From positions 18,699,101 through 18,763,100 of the forward strand of contig NC_134025.1 in the NCBI RefSeq assembly GCF_964204645.1: a stretch of 64,000 nucleotides of DNA, given 5' to 3'. The position numbers and the translations under genes were made by a program. How positions within the stretch are numbered: the first letter of the stretch is position 1; each line of letters begins with the position of its first letter. This stretch comes from Tubulanus polymorphus. Its lineage: Eukaryota > Animalia > Nemertea. Under the pieces are notes generated by a model that saw only the letters and a list, made by a program, of their open reading frames with translations, was not told where the DNA came from and did not search any database. Positions 61,266-64,000 of the stretch are shown one piece after another.

Positions 61266-61747
61266 GGGACCGTTCATTAAGTACATGTGCAAGCCCTAGG
61301 TAGGACCTCAACGGCAAAAGCGTACAATCTGCATACAAAGCTAGGTACCTATTTACACAAAGAGTACGTACTTAAAAAATCAAAGTGCTCTAATTTCTAC
61401 TGAATAACTTTGTAGTAGCTCATCTGTAGGTATTAGTTCAGCCATGAGTCTGGAACAATATAATGAATTCATTGCCCTTTATAAAAGGCTGCATCCTAGT
61501 AAATCCCTTCAAGAGGAGCAAGCTTTATGGCGTGATAATTAAAGTCTCAAATAATAGAATTTATTTATACTATAATAAAACAGACCAGTAGACTGCTAAC
61601 AAATGTTTGTTTATGTTTTATACTACATGATCAATCATTGCGTACGTAAGGTAGGAGGTCATTGGCAATATAGTATGATGTGTGTACACAAGGTAGGACC
61701 TTGAAAAAAGGTCATATTTTTTGCGTATGTACTTAATGAACGGTCCC
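61266..61747. mobile_element. MITE with GGGACCGTTCATTAAGTACAT TIRs
   Basis: 21-bp inverted termini, no ORF. Superfamily unclear. Confidence 0.75.
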
Positions 61748-63129
61748 TACGCATAATGAATATATACTAAAATATACATGTAATAATTGATAATAATTTC
61801 CTAGAAATAAATATTCTCTTGGAATTATGTAGCCTGACAAAATATCCTATTCAAACGTATGTGTCTGTGTGTCTCAAGCCAATCAGTGTAAATGACAGCG
61901 GCGACTCATCTGCATCAGAAGGTCAAATAGGATTACCAAGACCTGTTATTTTGTTCTCCGCTCTTAAATACGTACTTTGTACTACCATGGATTTTGTTTT
62001 AGAAAGCTAATCCCGCAGCAACATTTGAAAATGAATCAATTGGTGTACTAGTCTGTTTAACTTGTCTGATTAATGAAGCTGTGCTGCCTGTGCATTAGGC
62101 ATGTATTCAGTTAAGACGGATCTTGAAATTAATGTTATCCTAGTTTGACAGAAATATTCTATCCCAGTCTGACTTAATCATATATTTTATTCCGTGATGG
62201 ACAAGGACTTGTGAAATTAACCATGTATGTGATTTTCGTGTACTCTACTGTCTGTTCCTTGAGCCATTAAAATCATAACTAGCAAAATGGGATTTGGTAA
62301 AAGTAGTACAAACTTTACCTTTGATCGTGATATAGTATTTCCTGAATGGTGCTTCATCAATTTGCTAATTTCCAAATATTTGTAAAGAATTTTTGTATTT
62401 TTTAGATTTTTAAAATGATTTATGCAAGAATAAAAGTATTTAAAATTGAGAATAAAAATAACAGTATTTGTGTTTTTGTCTGATTTTTCTTTCAAGCCTC
62501 TTAACACATACATGTATTAAAGCTGTTTCAATGTTCATGGGCATTCATAACTACAGTATGTATCACTTGCTTAATTCGGCTTTTCACTTATATCAGATAA
62601 AATTTCAGTCCCCTCTACGTAGGTCATTTTTATTCAAATGAGAGTACATAATTTGGATTTTGTTTAATTCCGAAAAATTTTCCAATCCCAGGCGATCCAA
62701 ATTAAGCAAGTTCTACTGTATTTTGCGTTATTTGAGGGGTTCTGTGTGACATAATGTGCACCAAATGATCAACATAGGCAATTCAAAATAACAATTACCA
62801 TTGTGACTGTTTGTGTTTATTTTGTAATTGAATTGAGAGACAGAAGAATGTTGTATATCATTTATAAGTAGTTTTTTTTACCCATCGCGACGTGAGGGGT
62901 AGACATCGCTTGTGTTCGTTCGTCCAGGCGTGCATGTCTTGTTCCCGCTCTAGAGGCTTAAGTTTTTGATTGATTTTCTTATGACTTGGTATGTTTATTT
63001 TGGTGGGATGGGGATGAGGTCTATTGTTTTGGACATATACATGATTGCCGCCACAGTCATTTTGGTCAAAAAAGCAATTAGGAGCGTGTTCCTGCTTCAT
63101 AATTTACAGATTCATATTATTTCGTACTT

Positions 63130-63651
63130 TAGAAGAGGGCACTATACGCGGAAAATGTTGAAGAAAAGGGCACTTTTTTGCCTAATTTTTAAAATTTTAG
63201 GGGCACTTTTGGTTTGGAAGATGGCACACGACATAACGATAAATGTGAAGACGAGGCAATTTTTGCCGATTGTTAACAATGAAGGGGCACTTAGCCGTAT
63301 TCTGTATAATTGTTAAGGGGCACTTTTAAAGATTATAGGGGCACTAGGCGAAGTTGGCGGCAACCGTTCTTTCATGGGTCGCCAGCTTCATTTTTTATCG
63401 GCATCTGTTGAAATCTTGTCTCGAATTCGTTTATTCTGGATTGCTCTGCTAGCCTCTAGAAGCCCTCTAAAAGCCTTTAAATGGTACCATATTTTCAAAA
63501 TTTTCTGGGGGTGCGCCCCCAAACCCCCCTCTAAGGACTTCGCGCCATCGGCGCTCGCATTGACCTGGATACTGGGTGTGCCCTAAGATCGGAAAGGTGC
63601 CCTTAAATTTCCTTCCAATACTGTCTACCCATACCCCTGGATCCGCCCCTG
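63130..63651. mobile_element. Partial hAT-type MITE end with GGGGCAC subterminal repeats
   Basis: Several (A)GGGGCACT motifs, terminus CCCCTGGATCCGCCCCTG. The other TIR was not found. Confidence 0.5.
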
Positions 63652-64000
63652 GAAATCTCTTTCATTGGCTCAATCAAGAAGCGGGAATAATCGTTTCCAT
63701 AGAACCTCTAAAATAACCAAAGATCACGCCGAGATTTACTAATGTCTTCCTTCTTTTATTAACATGCCAAAAGAGAACAAAGGAATCCCCACACGGGGTC
63801 ACTAAAATACCGATTTGGACTGGGTAAGATACCGGACTTTACTGGTCCATCACATACGATAAACAAAAGCCGTAAAGGCACCATGGCCAGCTTGTCATCT
63901 TTTCATAAAATGGCAAATGATGCATTCTGTGGGTTATATTTGTCTAAATACACTCCCAGCTCAGAGTTAGTATCTATTACTTAAACAGTACAATTGTGTT

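Overview
AT-rich, repeat-dense genomic DNA from an invertebrate animal, not a prokaryote. Two host genes can be assembled by hand, both on the + strand. One is the last two coding exons of ribosomal protein RPS29 (2707-2911). The other is a complete 9-exon, 235-aa Rab32/38-subfamily small GTPase (5172-59836, all GT-AG introns) whose switch-II motif reads WDIAGHE rather than WDIAGQE. Almost everything else is intronic or intergenic mobile DNA: LINE fragments, a Penelope-like RT fragment, two decayed Gypsy-type LTR elements, a near-intact intron-containing piggyBac, two hAT-type transposase remnants, many DINE-1/Helentron-like non-autonomous elements, MITEs and small satellites. The most notable oddities are four: a minimal type-I hammerhead ribozyme in sense orientation about 130 nt upstream of Rab exon 2; a hAT-type DDE transposase gene enclosed by Helentron-like ends with no visible hAT TIRs; a Gypsy element whose 5' LTR is replaced by a DIRS-like segment fused in frame to gag; and inverted 1.1-1.2 kb repeats flanking Rab exons 4-7. 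All calls are from reading the sequence, with no database searches. Repeat boundaries without a stated TIR or TSD are approximate.
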